Shown: piece by piece, positions 1 through 16,742 of the stretch | Layout of the letters: every line of letters starts with the position of its first letter | Position numbering within the stretch: the first letter of the stretch is position 1 | DNA from: the human T2T-CHM13v2.0 reference genome, Homo sapiens | DNA: 64,000 bases | Direction: 5' to 3' (one strand) | Assembly: GCF_009914755.1 (NCBI RefSeq) | Contig: NC_060940.1 | The notes under the pieces: model-generated | What the model saw: the letters and a program-made list of their open reading frames with translations, nothing else | What the model was told of the DNA's origin: nothing | The model's database searches: none | Program-made: the position numbers and the translations under genes

Positions 1-136
<136 letters not shown>

Positions 137-269
137 TAATGCCTTCCCCTTTCCAGTTCCTTCTCCCTGAAGTCATGCCTTTAATGTTCTGCTGTGTAGC
201 ATTCCACACTTTTTTCCTTGTTCACACAAACAATATCCACATACAGAGGGTTCTGTTCCTTTAAAACAT

Positions 270-385
270 TATTCATGAATTCAGCAAGTGTGTATTAAAC
301 ACCTTCTGTGCCAGGCAGTGCTTCCAAGTTCTGGGAATAGAGCAGTGAACAAAACAGACCTAATCCCTGCCCTGGCGGAGCTTAC
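270..385 (-). mobile_element. L2 3' end
   Basis: attcatgaattcagcaagtgtgtattaaacaccttctgtgccaggcagtg..agcagtgaacaaaacagacc. Confidence 0.75.
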
Positions 386-954
386 CAGGACATTCCATGG
401 ATACCACACTGACACTTGCTTTGGTTTAATTAACAATGAATGTGTTCGTTGCCTTCAGATCAATATGAATACAAATGGATTTAACTTTTCATTTTTAATA
501 ACTGCATTAGATACTGTTGCATGATGTAGTATGATAAAAGCTGAGGTTATTTATTCTGGGGGTGGGGGGTATGACAGAACTTCAGGGATTGTGATTAGAA
601 CTCCAGAAAAATACATGGAAGTATGGAAAATTTTGCATATAGTTGCAGAGGTTTTTTCGAATTCCTTGAATTCCATATGGTTACCTCATAAGGCTCAAAC
701 TACAAGGGTAGCCACACCACACCCCCTCTCCATACATCTTTTATTCAACCCACGGCACTTCAGGTGGCAACTGTCAGCTGGGGCAGTGGTCAGCTGATGC
801 TGTCAGGGAAGTCCTGTACTCTCCATTCACAGAAGACCCGCTTCTCTCCTGTAAGTTTTGGGGCCCTGACTTGGAAGTTCAGGCTCCTCTGGTTAAAAGC
901 TCGTTGAAAATATTCTTTCTGGAGAAGGAAGCATTGCCTGCCTGCCCCCTTAAA

Positions 955-1146
955 TCAGGGATTCTCAACCCTGGCTGTACCTTAGAATTACCTGAGAGCT
1001 TTAAAATGCTACCAATGGCTGCACTGCATTCCGCAGAGACTCTAAAGCAACTGGACTAGGCTGAGGCACTGAGCATCTATAAGTAGCTATTTTTTAAAAA
1101 CACCCCAGATATTTCTATTGCTCATTCATTGTTCCGAACCACAGCT
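955..1146. mobile_element. MER5-family (hAT-Charlie) MITE
   Basis: cagggattctcaaccctggctgtaccttagaattacctg. Confidence 0.65.
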
Positions 1147-1705
1147 GTGAGTGGAAATCCCAGCTAGGGTGGCAATTTACATAAAGGGTACTGGCTGGAA
1201 TAATATGAGAAAGGTGTCTTAAGCCAGTATGTATCTCAGCAAAGCTACAGTTCTCCTGAACTCAGATTCATAAGGTTCTAACCTGCTTTATTTGTCCACT
1301 GAGAGAAAGAGCTGTCACCTCTAGGCCGAGGAACCAAAGCCCAGCCTATTAGCATGTTTCCAAACACTTCATAACAAAAGTAAGGTTGGTCTGCAATTTA
1401 GCATTTGCCGTGAATCCCTGGTAAAAGCCTGTAATTAGCTGGTAAGCTGGACTTTCTGAACACTTGTTTTCCTGTGTGGGAGGAGGATTTGTCTGCAATT
1501 TTCTATCAGGTGGTTTCTGCAGCTGAAGTTTAAAAATAAAAAATGAAAAGAGGGGTAAAATTGCTTTTCACCGCCCAAGATAGCAACACACAGCCCAGAG
1601 GGCTTCCAGGAAATTCAGGAAGGTTTACTGAACCAAAGTAAAGTGGAGCTGGCCACTGAGGTGATTGGGCTTTTACTGGATGTTGGGAAAAAGAAGGAAA
1701 GAAAG

Positions 1706-2123
1706 CGTATTAGTCCGTTCTCGCATTGTTACAATGAAATACCGAAGACTGGGTAATTTATAAAGAAAAGAGTTTAATTGGCTCATGGGTCCTCAGGCTG
1801 TACAGGAAGCATGAGGCTGGCATCTGCTTGGCTTCCCAGGAGGCCTCAGGAAACGTACAATCATGGAGGAAGGGAAAGAGGGATCGTGCACCTGACATGG
1901 CCAGAGCAGGAGGAAGAGAGTGAAGGGGGAGGTGCCACACACTTTTAAACAAGCAGATCTCAGGAGAACTCACTCACTATATAGTACCAAGGGAGATGAT
2001 GCTAAACCATTCATGAGAAATCCACTCTTATGATCCATCACCTCCCACCAGGCCCCACCTCCAACATTAGTGTTTACAATTTCACATGAGATTTGGGTGG
2101 GGACACAGAGGCAAACCATATCA
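1706..2123 (-). mobile_element. MST-family (ERVL-MaLR) solo LTR
   Basis: gtattagtccgttctc...aaaccatatca; 5-bp TSD GAAAG. Confidence 0.9.
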
Positions 2124-2149
2124 GAAAGGCAGAAAAAAGAAATGCAGCT

Positions 2150-3050
<901 letters not shown>

Positions 3051-3199
3051 AAATAAGTAAATGAAGCTTCAGCCCGGCAGATCCTGAGCAATTCAGAGAA
3101 GTACCTGGATGCTGATGCTGGAACCTGGAATACTGTTCTTTTCCCTGAGAAAAGAATGTTCTTTCATTGCCACTTTGAGGGAATAGTTAGGCATAATAG

Positions 3200-3430
3200 T
3201 TAGGAACCAGACCTTTAGCTTGGGTTCATATTTGTGACTTACTTGCTGTGTAATCTTGGCACTTTGCTTGGCCTCTCTTTGCCTCAGCTTCCTCACCTGT
3301 AAAATGGGGATAATGGTACTTACTTCGGTGAATTGTTGCAAAGTCCAAATGGGTAAATAGACATAAAGGCTTAGAGCAATGCTTGGCTCAGAGAAAGTCC
3401 TCTTTAAATATGAGACGTTATTATTATTAC
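3200..3430 (+). mobile_element. MIR
   Basis: MIR core gcctcagcttcctcacctgtaaaatggggataat. Confidence 0.8.
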
Positions 3431-3794
3431 TTGAAAGACATCCAATTTATGCAGCTAGATGCTACCTTGAGCTTATCTGAAGAAAGGCTACATATATATA
3501 CATAAATAAATAATATAGTTTATCTACGTTGTCTACATAGAGTCTGAGATTCTGTGGAAAACCCAAAGAGGGAAGGAAAAAATTATTTTGCAGAATTACC
3601 TGGGTAGGGTATTGTCTTCCCTCTCGATGTTAGAGAAAGGCCATCTGTCTTCTTGGAGGTAAAGTTTTGGAGAAATCCCTAAATTTGAAAGAACCAAATG
3701 TCATGTGTTGAGCCTCTAGCCTTCTCCCTCCCTCAGTTTCCCCTAAGTGGCCAGGGTTTCCTGTCCTTCTGAAAGGCACTCAAAACCCTCTGTA

Positions 3795-4069
3795 TGCTGG
3801 GCACAGTGGCTCATGCCTGTAATTCCAACACTGTGGGAGGCCAAGGCGGGTGGATCACCTGAGGTCAGGAGTTCGGGACTAGCCTGGCCAACATGGTGTA
3901 ACCCCATTTCTACTAAAAATACAAAAATTAGCTGGGCATGGTGGCGGGTGCCTGTTATCCCAGCTACTCGGGAGGCTAAGATCATGCCATAGCACTCCAG
4001 CCTGGGCAACAAGAGTGAAACTCCATCACAAAAAAAAAAAAAAAAAAAAAAAAAAAAGAAAAGAAAAAA
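3795..4069 (+). mobile_element. AluS with a right-arm deletion
   Basis: Alu consensus with ggaggctaagatc junction; long A tail. Confidence 0.92.
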
Positions 4070-4244
4070 GTCTTGTTCCCTTGGCACACTTGATCAAGAG
4101 GCGGCCCTTGGCTAAGGAAGCGTTTCCAAAGCCTGGGGGAAGGCAGGTGGAGGAACTGCTGCTTGCTGGCCGCCTGTTATGGCTGAGGTGGGAGGGGGTG
4201 GGACCAGCTCCCTGGGGCTGGAGCTGACCATGTGTCTGTCCTTA

Positions 4245-4545
4245 CTGATTAAATTTTTGGAGCACCTACTATGTACCTGGCACCGTGCTAGACGTTATGT
4301 ATTCGACAGAGAACCAGACATTCACGGCCTGTGTTCTCATGGAGCTTAATTCTAGTAGAGGCAGACGGACATTAATTAAATGCCACACCAATAATGATTG
4401 AATTGTAAATTGGTCTAAGGGCTCTGAAGGAGAGATGCAGGGCACATTTCAGAGTGTCTGACCCAGTCTGTGGAGTGAGAGGAGCTGACACGTGAGCTGG
4501 GAGCTGAAGGACAAGGAGGTATTAATCAGCAGAGAGGATTGCAGG
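4245..4545 (-). mobile_element. L2 3' end
   Basis: gagcacctactatgtacctggcaccgtgctagac..ctcatggagcttaattctagt. Confidence 0.75.
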
Positions 4546-4837
4546 GGATGCAGAGAGGTCGGCCGGGCTCCCGCCCCGGAAGAGAAATTGAGGCTGACGT
4601 CATACTTCAACCTGGGAGCTAAAACTGCCAGGGGTTGGCATGAAAGACCCCCACACCCTGCTGCCTGCTGCGGGAATTGACCAGGGCATAGGCTTAGAGG
4701 GGCCTCATCAATAATAACCAGTGCAGGACAGCTATGGAATACACAGAAAAGAAACAAGGCAATGACAGACACGCCTCAATTTTTGCCAACCCTTGGTGTC
4801 TCTCTAAGACTAGAGAATATGGCGTCTCTATTTTCAC

Positions 4838-4982
4838 ATGCATCTGCGTCGCCCAGGGATTTGTTAAAATGCAAATTCTGACTCAGTAACTCAGGAGGCC
4901 AAGGTGGGCCTGGAATTCTGCATTTCTAACAGTTCCCAGGTGATGCTGATGCTGTGGGGCTGCAGACCACATTTTGGGAAAC
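4838..4982. mobile_element. MER5A
   Basis: ttgttaaaatgcaaattctg..ttctgcatttctaacagttcccaggtgatgctgatgctg. Confidence 0.75.
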
Positions 4983-5055
4983 AAATAGACCCAGGAAGGG
5001 CATCAGGGTGAGTGATGATTGATTGTGCCAGTGCATTAATAAGAATTAAACCCTT

Positions 5056-5365
5056 GGCCCGGTGCGGTGGCTCACACCTCTAATCCCAGCACTTTGAGAG
5101 GCTGAAGGGGGCGGATCGTTTGAGTCCAGGAGTTTGAGACCAGCCTGGGCAGCATGGCAAAACCCCATCTCTACTAAAATTACAAAAATTAGCTGGTCAT
5201 GGTGGTGCATGCCTGTAGTCCCAGCTGCTCGGGAGGCTTAGGTGGGAGGATTGCTTGAGCCTTGGGAGGTGGAGGTTGCAGTGACCCGAGATCACGGCAC
5301 TGCACTCCAGTCTAGGTGACAGAGCCAGTCCCTATCTCAAAAACATAAACAAACAAACAAACAAA
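5056..5365 (+). mobile_element. Alu (J-type)
   Basis: Dimeric Alu with (CAAA)n tail. Confidence 0.92.
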
Positions 5366-5868
5366 CTCTCTAGCACTGGTCCCTACCCCTGCACATTGTT
5401 TGACTCCCTAACCCTGTCTGTACGTTAGTATTACTCAGGGACTTTAAAAAAACTCTGATGCCCCGTTCCCAGAACAGATAAACTGAATCAACCCAGGCGT
5501 CTGGGTTTTTTGGGGTTTTGGAAGGCATCTGTATTCTTCAAAGCTCCCAGGTGGCTCTCTTGTGCAGGCTGGGTTGGCCAATCTTTGCCTCTACTGTTCC
5601 GCCTCCCTCTCGCCCTGCTGTCTGTCTGGAGGCCTCCCAGACCCCTCTGTGAGAGCGAGTGCCAAGGCACCTGGTCTGTGTTCCATAATTGCTTGGCTTT
5701 CTGCAGCTGTAGCATCAAATCAGCTAATTGAATCTGCTGGTGAGATGAGATGGGTGGGAAGGCACGGCGGGGAATGGGTGGGAGGCCTGGAGGGCAGCAT
5801 GCCAGCCTCTTGCTTGGAAAGACCCCAGGTCAAATGGGTACTGGAGGATGTTCTTTAAAGGGGTTGGG

Positions 5869-6183
5869 GGCCAGGCACAGTGACTCACATGTATAATCCC
5901 AGTACTTTGGGAGGCCGAGGCAGGAGAATCACTTGAGTACAAGAGATCGAGAGCAGCCTGGGCACATAGCATAATCCCATTTCTAAAAAAAAAAAAAATT
6001 AAAAATTAGCTGGGCATGGTGGTGCATGTCTGTCATCCCAGCTACTCAGGAGGCTGAGGTGGGAGGATCACTTGAGTCCAGGAGGTCAAGGCTGCAGTGA
6101 GCTAGGATCATGCCACTGCACTCCAACCTGGGCAACAGAGTGACACTCTGTCTCAAAAAATAAAATTAAATTAAAAATAAAAA
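5869..6183 (+). mobile_element. AluJ
   Basis: Dimeric Alu, J-type right arm (gaggtcaaggctgcagtgagc). Confidence 0.92.
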
Positions 6184-6536
6184 GTGTTGGAGTTTGGGAA
6201 GCAGGACAGTGGAGAGGCAGAGGGTCTCCAGCAGAGAAGAGAAAAGGAAGGAATTCTGAGTGGGGCAGAGCATTCTGAGAGAGCCTGAAATTCTCCTGGG
6301 ATGGAGAGATGTGTGAGCTTGTTCCAGGGCACAGATGCTTCCCCACAGCCCCACCCTGGCCACAGCCCACCCATGACATACCTTCTCTCTGCAGCCATGC
6401 AGCAGCCTCTGTCTTTTCCCCTTCTAGCCTGACTTAGTGAGCACCAGACTCAGCTCTGCCTAATAGAGAGAAGGTTGCATGGCTATTCAGAGTATGGATT
6501 GGAGTGAGCTACAGTTTGGTTCAAATTTCACCTTTT

Positions 6537-6923
<387 letters not shown>

Positions 6924-7699
6924 TTATGAGCTTCCAATCTCAATTTTTATTTTATATATTTATTTTTACCTTTCCTCTAATGCTGAAAATCTCACTATTT
7001 TATATAAAAAGCTTTAGAAAGTGCCTTGTACAGTTAGTGCTCAATAAATGTGAAATATGATTGATGATGATGATAATTGATGGACCCTGCCATAGAAGAG
7101 CAGGACCTGGAATTACACAGACTTGAGTTTGAATCTTGGCCCCATGATAAATCAGCTGTGTGACCTCAAGCAAGTGACACTGCCTCTCTGAGATCCAGCT
7201 TACTTTTGTGTAAAGTGTAGCAATCATTCTTTTTATGGGGGTTAAAGGCAAATCAGCCTGTGGGCCCATCCAGAAGTGGCCACTTGGAAAATTATATCTG
7301 CTGTTTTAATCACTGCAGTCTGTGAAAGAGTTGAAAACCTGGTGCTTTGGAGGTATTTAATAGCTCAGCCCAGCAGCCTGTGGTTGTTGCCCCAGCATCT
7401 CCCTCACCTGTTCACCATCATTCCAAAGCTGCCAGTGGTATGATGTCTGGGAGCCAGGAATTGACACCAAATCTGTGCCAACTCACATGCAGAACCAGGC
7501 GTTTGTGCTCCCTGAAGTTTCTTGGGATTGGCAGTATGGGGAGATAGGTCAGAGCAAGACCTGGCAGTAGGCACTCAGCGCCAGACCAGTCATGGGAAGT
7601 GAGCTGCAGAGCGAAGGGATTAAAGCCAGAGGACCACAAAAGTGAGCCCCTGAGAGCTACAGTATGGGGAGTATTATAAAGGGGAAGAACTTAAGAATA

Positions 7700-8530
7700 G
7701 ATTCCATAAAACTGTGTATGTACTACTGGACTCATCTCCAAGCTACACAAGTGGATATTATTCTAAACAGTCTACTAAAGACACTGAAAACCAAACTATA
7801 GGGTGGCTCACCACCTAGGTCCCTTGGGGACACATCTGAGGGGCAGATACAAATAGCATTGCAAGGCCTTTGAAAACTGAACTGACATCAAAATAACAGC
7901 AAACAGAAGGCAGGATAGAACTTGTAGCCTGAACTTTTCCATGTCAATTTCTTAAAAAGTCAACATATTCAATAGGATTTAAGCAAGACCTAGAGTCTCA
8001 TAATATTAAAAATGGCCAGGATACAACCCAAAATGACTTGATTTACGAAGAATTAGCAAAATCTGGCAAATTCTTAGAGAAAGTGTAATCAACAGATGCC
8101 AACCACAAGATGGCCCAGATGTTGGAATTATCAGATGAAGACTTTGAAGCAACTATTATAACCATGCTCCACGAAGTAAGGGTGAACCCTCTTGAAAAGA
8201 ATGATAAGGTAGAAAATGTCAGCAGATCAACAGAGAAATAGAAGATATTAGAATTACGTGGAAATTTTAGAACTGAAAAAGTACAATCACTGAAACAAAA
8301 TATTTGCTGGATGAACTCAATAGCAGAATGGAGGTGACAGAGGAAGGTGTTAGTGGGCTCGAAGACAGATCCAGAGAAATTATGCAACAGAGAGTGAAAA
8401 AAATCGGGGAAAGAAAAGGGTGGGAAGACCTATGGAGAAATATCAAAAAGGTTTAATGTTCATGTCACATGGATTCCAGAACATTTATGTCACATGAATC
8501 CCAGAAGGAAAGAAGAAAAAACAGTGGGGA
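7700..8530 (+). mobile_element. Ancient L1M 5'/ORF1 (coiled-coil) fragment
   Basis: cagatgttggaattatcagatgaagactttgaagcaactattata...ggaaattttagaactgaaaa...ctcaatagcagaatggag. Confidence 0.7.
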
Positions 8531-8899
8531 GCATTGGCATGGAGACAGGCGACTCACCCCAGACAACCCCTGAGTTCCTTACCAGATTGCTGGGCTCCTG
8601 GCTTAACCAAACCACTCTTGTTCTTCCCTTCTCAGAAAACATTAGCAATTCATGAGGAAGCTGTGTGGCACCATGGTCAAAGTCAGCCAGAGCTGGCTTC
8701 TGTGTGACTGTGGGCAAGTTGCTTTACCACGCTGAACCTCGGTTTTTTTCTTGTCTGAACAATGGGGACAGTAATACTTCTATTTATCATGAACCACCTG
8801 TATGTTGATTTTCTCATTTAATCTTTCAACAAACATATAAGTTATGATCTATTTTATGATCATTTTTCAGCTGGGGAAACTCGAAGCTTAGGGACGGGA

Positions 8900-9612
8900 A
8901 GTGCAATGAGTATAGCCAACTGCAGAGTGAGAGAACAGTTCACCCAAAACTGCCCTCACTTCAGATACCAGCTATAAGTTCTGAGGTCTCTAGGACTACC
9001 TCCCTTCAGACCAGTTGGTTACAATTTCAGGGCCCCTGTGACCTCCCTCAGGTTCAATAATTTGCTAGAAAGACTACTAGAACTCAGGAAAGTGCTACTT
9101 ATGACTACAGTTTTATTACAGCAAAAGGGTGCAAATTAAAATCAGCCAAGGGAGGAGACGCATAGGGCAGAGTCCAGGAGGGGTCAAACTCTGAGACTCT
9201 AGTCATCTGTCCGCCTTGTGAGTCACAAACAGCATTACCTCTACTCAGTCACTGTGTGTGACAATGCAAACAGTATAGCCAGCCAGAGAAGCTTGTCACG
9301 CCTTTGGCATCCAGAGATTTTACTGAGCCTCAATCACATACTGCTCAGGTGGCTGATCTTCAGTCTCTATCCCCTCCCAGAGGTCTGGGTAAGACCGTTC
9401 ATGATCAGTTTCACCATAAGTCTGAATTGATACTATGTGATCCTAGAGCCCCAATCATAAATCACATTGCTAGGCTAGCCAAGAGTCAAAGCCCCTAGGC
9501 AAACAAAGATACTCTTCTTAGGCAGAACATTCCAGGGACCTAGAGATCAGTCCCTAGGAGCCAAAGACAAAGGCTAGGCCTCTTTTTGGGTAAGATTACT
9601 TTTTCACTGTTT
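8900..9612. mobile_element. MER21/MER77-like ERVL LTR
   Basis: Characteristic ggttcaataatttgctagaa..actcaggaaagtgcta..tacagttttattacagcaaaagg segment. Confidence 0.6.
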
Positions 9613-9859
9613 AGGTAGTAACTAGCAACCGTGCAAAGTCATCCAGCTGGTGAGTGGTTGAGCTGAGCTTCCAACTTAAAGCTGCTTGGTTCCAAAGCCC
9701 TTTTCACTCACTCTTAACCACGACATTGATGTTCCTGTGAATCAACTGGGGGTCTTGTTAAAATGTGGTTTCTGATTCCATAAGCCTGAGGAGGCACCTG
9801 AGCATCTGTATTCTAATAAGTTCCAGGTGACACCTGTGCTGGTCTGAGACCCACACTTT

Positions 9860-10321
9860 TGAGGCAGGAGGTGGGACTTGGACACTGGACCAAATTGAGG
9901 GCTAGCTAAAACAGGGATGGGGGAAAACAGCTTTCCATAAGACACACCCAACAGTGCGCCATCTCAGTTTACCATTGCCATGGCAACACCTGGAAGTTAC
10001 CGTCCCTTTCCACGGCAATGACCCGACAACCCAAAAGTTACCACTCTTTTCCTAGAAATTTCTGCATAATCCACCCTTTAATCTACATGTAATTAAACGT
10101 AGGTATAAAGGTGATTACAAAACTGCCCTGAGCTGCTACTCAGCACACTGCCTATGGGGTAGCACTGCTCTGCAGGAGCAGTCACAGAGCTGTCACACTG
10201 CTGCTTCAATAAAGCTGTTTTCTTCTACCCTACCACCAGCTCACCCTTTAATTCTTTCCCGGGCAAAGCCAGGAACCCTCATGGACTAAGCCCTACTTTG
10301 GGGCTCATCTGCCCTGCACCA
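9860..10321 (+). mobile_element. ERV1-class solo LTR (MER66/MER41-like), inserted into a MER5A end
   Basis: TG...CA termini, TATAAA (~10105), AATAAA (~10208), 4-bp TSD CTTT (9856-9859 / 10322-10325). Confidence 0.8.
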
Positions 10322-11494
10322 CTTTGAATAGCTAGGAGACCCTCCCTCTGTTCTCCCGTGTCACCCCACTATGGCCAGAGCAGGGTTGGGGGACTATGAG
10401 TTTGCAGAAATATCAGTGGGGAGATCAAGTAGAGCCTGCAGGATAAGAAGTTGATGGTTTTTTCTAAGTACATTGAGACGTCTTTGGAGGATGTTGACCA
10501 GAGAAGTGATGTGGCTTAGATGTTTGAAAAATATCCTTCCAGCTGTTGAGAGGAGAATCATCTGAAAGACCACTGTGTTAATGGCAGATTGGACTGGAGA
10601 GGTGGCAGAAGGGTTTCAGAGAGTCACTCACTGGACTATAATGTTGGAGGTAGGATCAGCAGAACATGCTGATGGATCAGATGTAAAGGACCATCCCCTA
10701 TCTTGGCCAAGTTACTTATCTCTTCTGAATCAGGATTTCTTGTCTGTAGATCTCAGTTCCCACCTCACAGGCTATTGTGGGGACAAAAGGAAATAATGTA
10801 TAAATGGGCTCAGTGCAGTGCTTGGCATAAAGCAAGGGCTCAGTTGATTGTGGTGTTGAACCTGGATGTCGGCAGAGGCCAGAACTCTAGCCAGGCGGTC
10901 AGGAGATAGAAGCATAGACCTGACCTGTTACCCTGGGGTTCTCCTGGCAGAGCCCCCAGTAGCACTCTGACCTCAACTTCTCCTCCTGAGAGCTCCTTGA
11001 ATCTGCCAACATCCACCAGGTGGTAGAACTTGGCTGGATCGTACACATCCATTATGGGTTCCAATGGCAGCCTTTGAAGATCAGGCCAGCTGCCAGGGCT
11101 CCTGAGGGTTTTTATTCCACTTGAATGGCTGTTTAATGACTCTGGTGCCTTTGGATGGAACCTTGTTCCAGGCAGATCCCCATGGGGGAGAGCATCGGGG
11201 AGCTGAGGGTTTATCCAACCACATATGTGCCTGCAGGGCCTAAGCTATACGAGGGGTCCAGCAGAGGCCAGATTTCAGGCTTGCTTTGTGCCTCGGTGGT
11301 GGCAAGATGCAATCTTATGCTCAGAAGCCAAGGCCAGCACCTGGGTAGGTTCGAGATGAAGGCTTATGCAGGAAATCAAATCAGAAACCAAGAGTGTGCT
11401 TTCAGACATCCCTTCTATCCATCATCTCATTCTGACTTTCCCAACCCAGAGCTGCCAGTCAGCAGAATGCTTAACTTTTAAAATGCCAGGGCCT

Positions 11495-11830
11495 GGCCAG
11501 GTGCCATGGCTTATACCTGTAATCCCAGCACTTTGGAAGGCCGGGGCAGGAGGATTGCTCGGGGCTGGGAGTTTAAGACCAGTCTGGGCAACACAGAAAG
11601 ACACCATCTCTACAAAAAGTAAATGAAAAAAGTTAGCTGGACATATGGTGGCGTGTGGCTGTAGTCCCAGCTACTCAGGAGGCCAAAGTGGGAGGATCAC
11701 AGGAGTTGGAGGCTGCAGTGAGCTATAATCATACCACTGCACTCCAGCCTGGACAACAGAGCAAGACCCTGTCTCAAAATTAATTAATTAATTAATTAAT
11801 TAAACATTTAAAATATATGTATAATAAAAT
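11495..11830 (+). mobile_element. AluJ with a (TAAT)n tail
   Basis: TSD ttttaaaatgccagggcct at 11476-11494 and 11830-11848. Confidence 0.92.
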
Positions 11831-11889
11831 TTTAAAATGCCAGGGCCTGCAGGGCACAGCTTCTAGTGTCACCTGTCTGCCTACATTTT

Positions 11890-12168
11890 GAGGAAACGTG
11901 CTGTAGTGGAAATAGCTTTGGCTTAGAAATCAGAAAACCAGACTCCCAGAGTTTAGTGCTGTATCATTTTGAGCAGAACCTTTTAATCTCTTTCAGCCTC
12001 TATTTTTCTTCTATCAGATGCATATAAAATCTGTCTCAGGGTTGTTCATGCAGTATTTGACGGTAATAACGGCAAACACTTAAATCGTGCTTCCTGTGTG
12101 CCAGGCACTGCTCCAAGTATTTCAAATGAATTAACTCATTTAATCTGCATAGAAACGCTATGACATAG
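11890..12168. mobile_element. MIR fragments; the minus-strand one continues at 14462-14590 beyond the MER52
   Basis: ccaggcactgctccaagt..taactcatttaatct and gaagtgaggca..gagccaggattcaaaccc. Confidence 0.7.
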
Positions 12169-14461
<2,293 letters not shown>

Positions 14462-14599
14462 ATAGGAGTCATTATTGCCCTTTTATGGAAGAGGGAAGTG
14501 AGGCAACAATAGGGTGGGAAGTAGCTTACCTAGGATCCTGGAGCCAGGATTCAAACCCTGGTCATCTGGACTAGAATCTGAGCTCTCAGTTACTGGGTT

Positions 14600-15000
14600 A
14601 TATGTCTCAAGTGTTTAGCCCCTGCTTTGTTGAGGTGCTGCATTAGTTGCTGAAGAAACACAGAAAAACAGAAAAAATCCATCCTTTCATGACCTTGACA
14701 TTCTAGTTGGGGTGAGATAAATGATAAATAAACGAACAGCTAAATAATAGTGGAGTGAGCCAACAGAGAAGGCCAGGAAAATTACTCTAAATTTGATATA
14801 TAAGCTGAGAAAGGGCCAGCAGTGGAAGGATGTAGGAAAGGAGCATTCTAGGCAGAGGGAATTGTGCAAAAGGCCCTGGGGCAGGAATGAGCTTATTTTG
14901 TTCAAAGAAGAGAAGGAAAGCCAGAGTGTCCAAAACAGTGATCTCATGGAGTGAATTAGGCAATGAGGTCTGAGCAATTAGCAGAGACTATAGCAAGGAA
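14600..15000 (-). mobile_element. L2 fragment
   Basis: gaccttgacattctagttgggg..gagcattctaggcagaggga..gcaaaaggccctgggg. Confidence 0.65.
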
Positions 15001-15013
15001 CTTAGATGATACA

Positions 15014-15327
15014 TTTTTTTTTAATTAAAAAATTTTTTTTTGAGATGGGGTCTCACTCTGTTGCCCAGGCTGGAGTGCAGTGGCACAATCTCAGCTCACT
15101 GCAGCCTCGACCTCCCTAGGCTCAAGTGATCCTCTCACCTCAGCCTCCTGAGTAGCTGGGACTATAGGTGTGTGCCACCATGCCTGGCTAATTTTTGTAC
15201 TTTTTTTTGTAGAGATGGGGTTTCGCCATGTTGCCCAGGCTGGTCTTGAACTCCTGGGCTCAAGCAATCTGCCCGTCTCGGCCTCCCAAAGTCCTAGGAT
15301 TACAGGTGTGAGCCACCACACCCAGCC
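15014..15327 (-). mobile_element. AluJ
   Basis: Reverse Alu; TSD-like ttagatg. Confidence 0.92.
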
Positions 15328-16026
15328 TTAGATGGTGAGTGTTTATTGAACACCCATAGTGTGCCTAAGGCTGATAGGCATGGAGGAAACAGAACTGAAG
15401 AAGAGATGTGGCTCCTGGCTCCATGAAGAACTGGGTGAGATGACATGCATGCAAGGACTTAGCACACAGCAGATGCTCAGTGGGTGTAATTTTCTCTCTC
15501 TTCCTATTTGTGAGTCGACATGAAAACTGCTTCTCTGGGTTTCTGCCTCCCCCCATGCCCTGCATTAGAGCAGGACAGAATGTAGTTGGCTTATCATGGA
15601 AATTATTTTTAGAAACAGCCATAGGCAAGGGCATTATTTACCAAGCAAAACAAAGCAAACAGGTGGGTGAAGAGTCAGTAGGGCGGGCAGTGGGCAAAAG
15701 ATCTTTGCCTCTGTCTTCATGAGCAGATGCCTACACTGGCCACAGGAGGCTCTTTGGGGCCTGTTGTTCACTTTCTTGAGGATCTTGAGTGACTGGTCCA
15801 GGAACCAGGGAGAGTATCTGCTGATGTGGCAAGCAAAATTCCCCTTAGATGTCTGCTTTGGGATCTTATTCTGCTTAATTGTATTTGGGCTGGAGAAGCA
15901 GAGGGGAGGCAGCCTTTGGATGACTTGTGGGTGGGTTCCTCTTCCATCCTTGTGCAAGGTCACCCTTGCCTTCTTGGTGACCTCTCTGCTAAGGAGAAGC
16001 CAGGACACTTAAGATATGCCTCATCT

Positions 16027-16384
<358 letters not shown>

Positions 16385-16742
16385 TCATTACAAGAAGCAC
16401 CTCTAAGACTCAATAAGTTCCTAAGGCACTTGAGGACTAGGGCAAGTTGTACTTTTCCAAGTTATTAAGTGTGGCTTGGAAAAGAAGGCACAAAAGACAT
16501 CATGGGAAGAGCTCCTAACTTGGGCGAGGGGCAGGAGTTTAGTGGTAGCTCTTATAATAAAAATAGCCAACATTTATTAAAGTCTTAGAATCCTCCACGT
16601 GCTGTCCCAAGTACTTTATAAGCACTGTCTCAACTCATCGCACAACAACCAGACGAGGTAGGTTCTGATGTTATCCCATTTTACAGGGAAAGAAACTGAA
16701 GCTCAGAGATCTCATATGACTCACTACAAAGCTAGAAGTCAC

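Noticed and set aside
8456-8505. Diverged ~25-bp tandem duplication
   Set aside because: Only two copies, inside an old L1 fragment; ordinary slippage, not an array.
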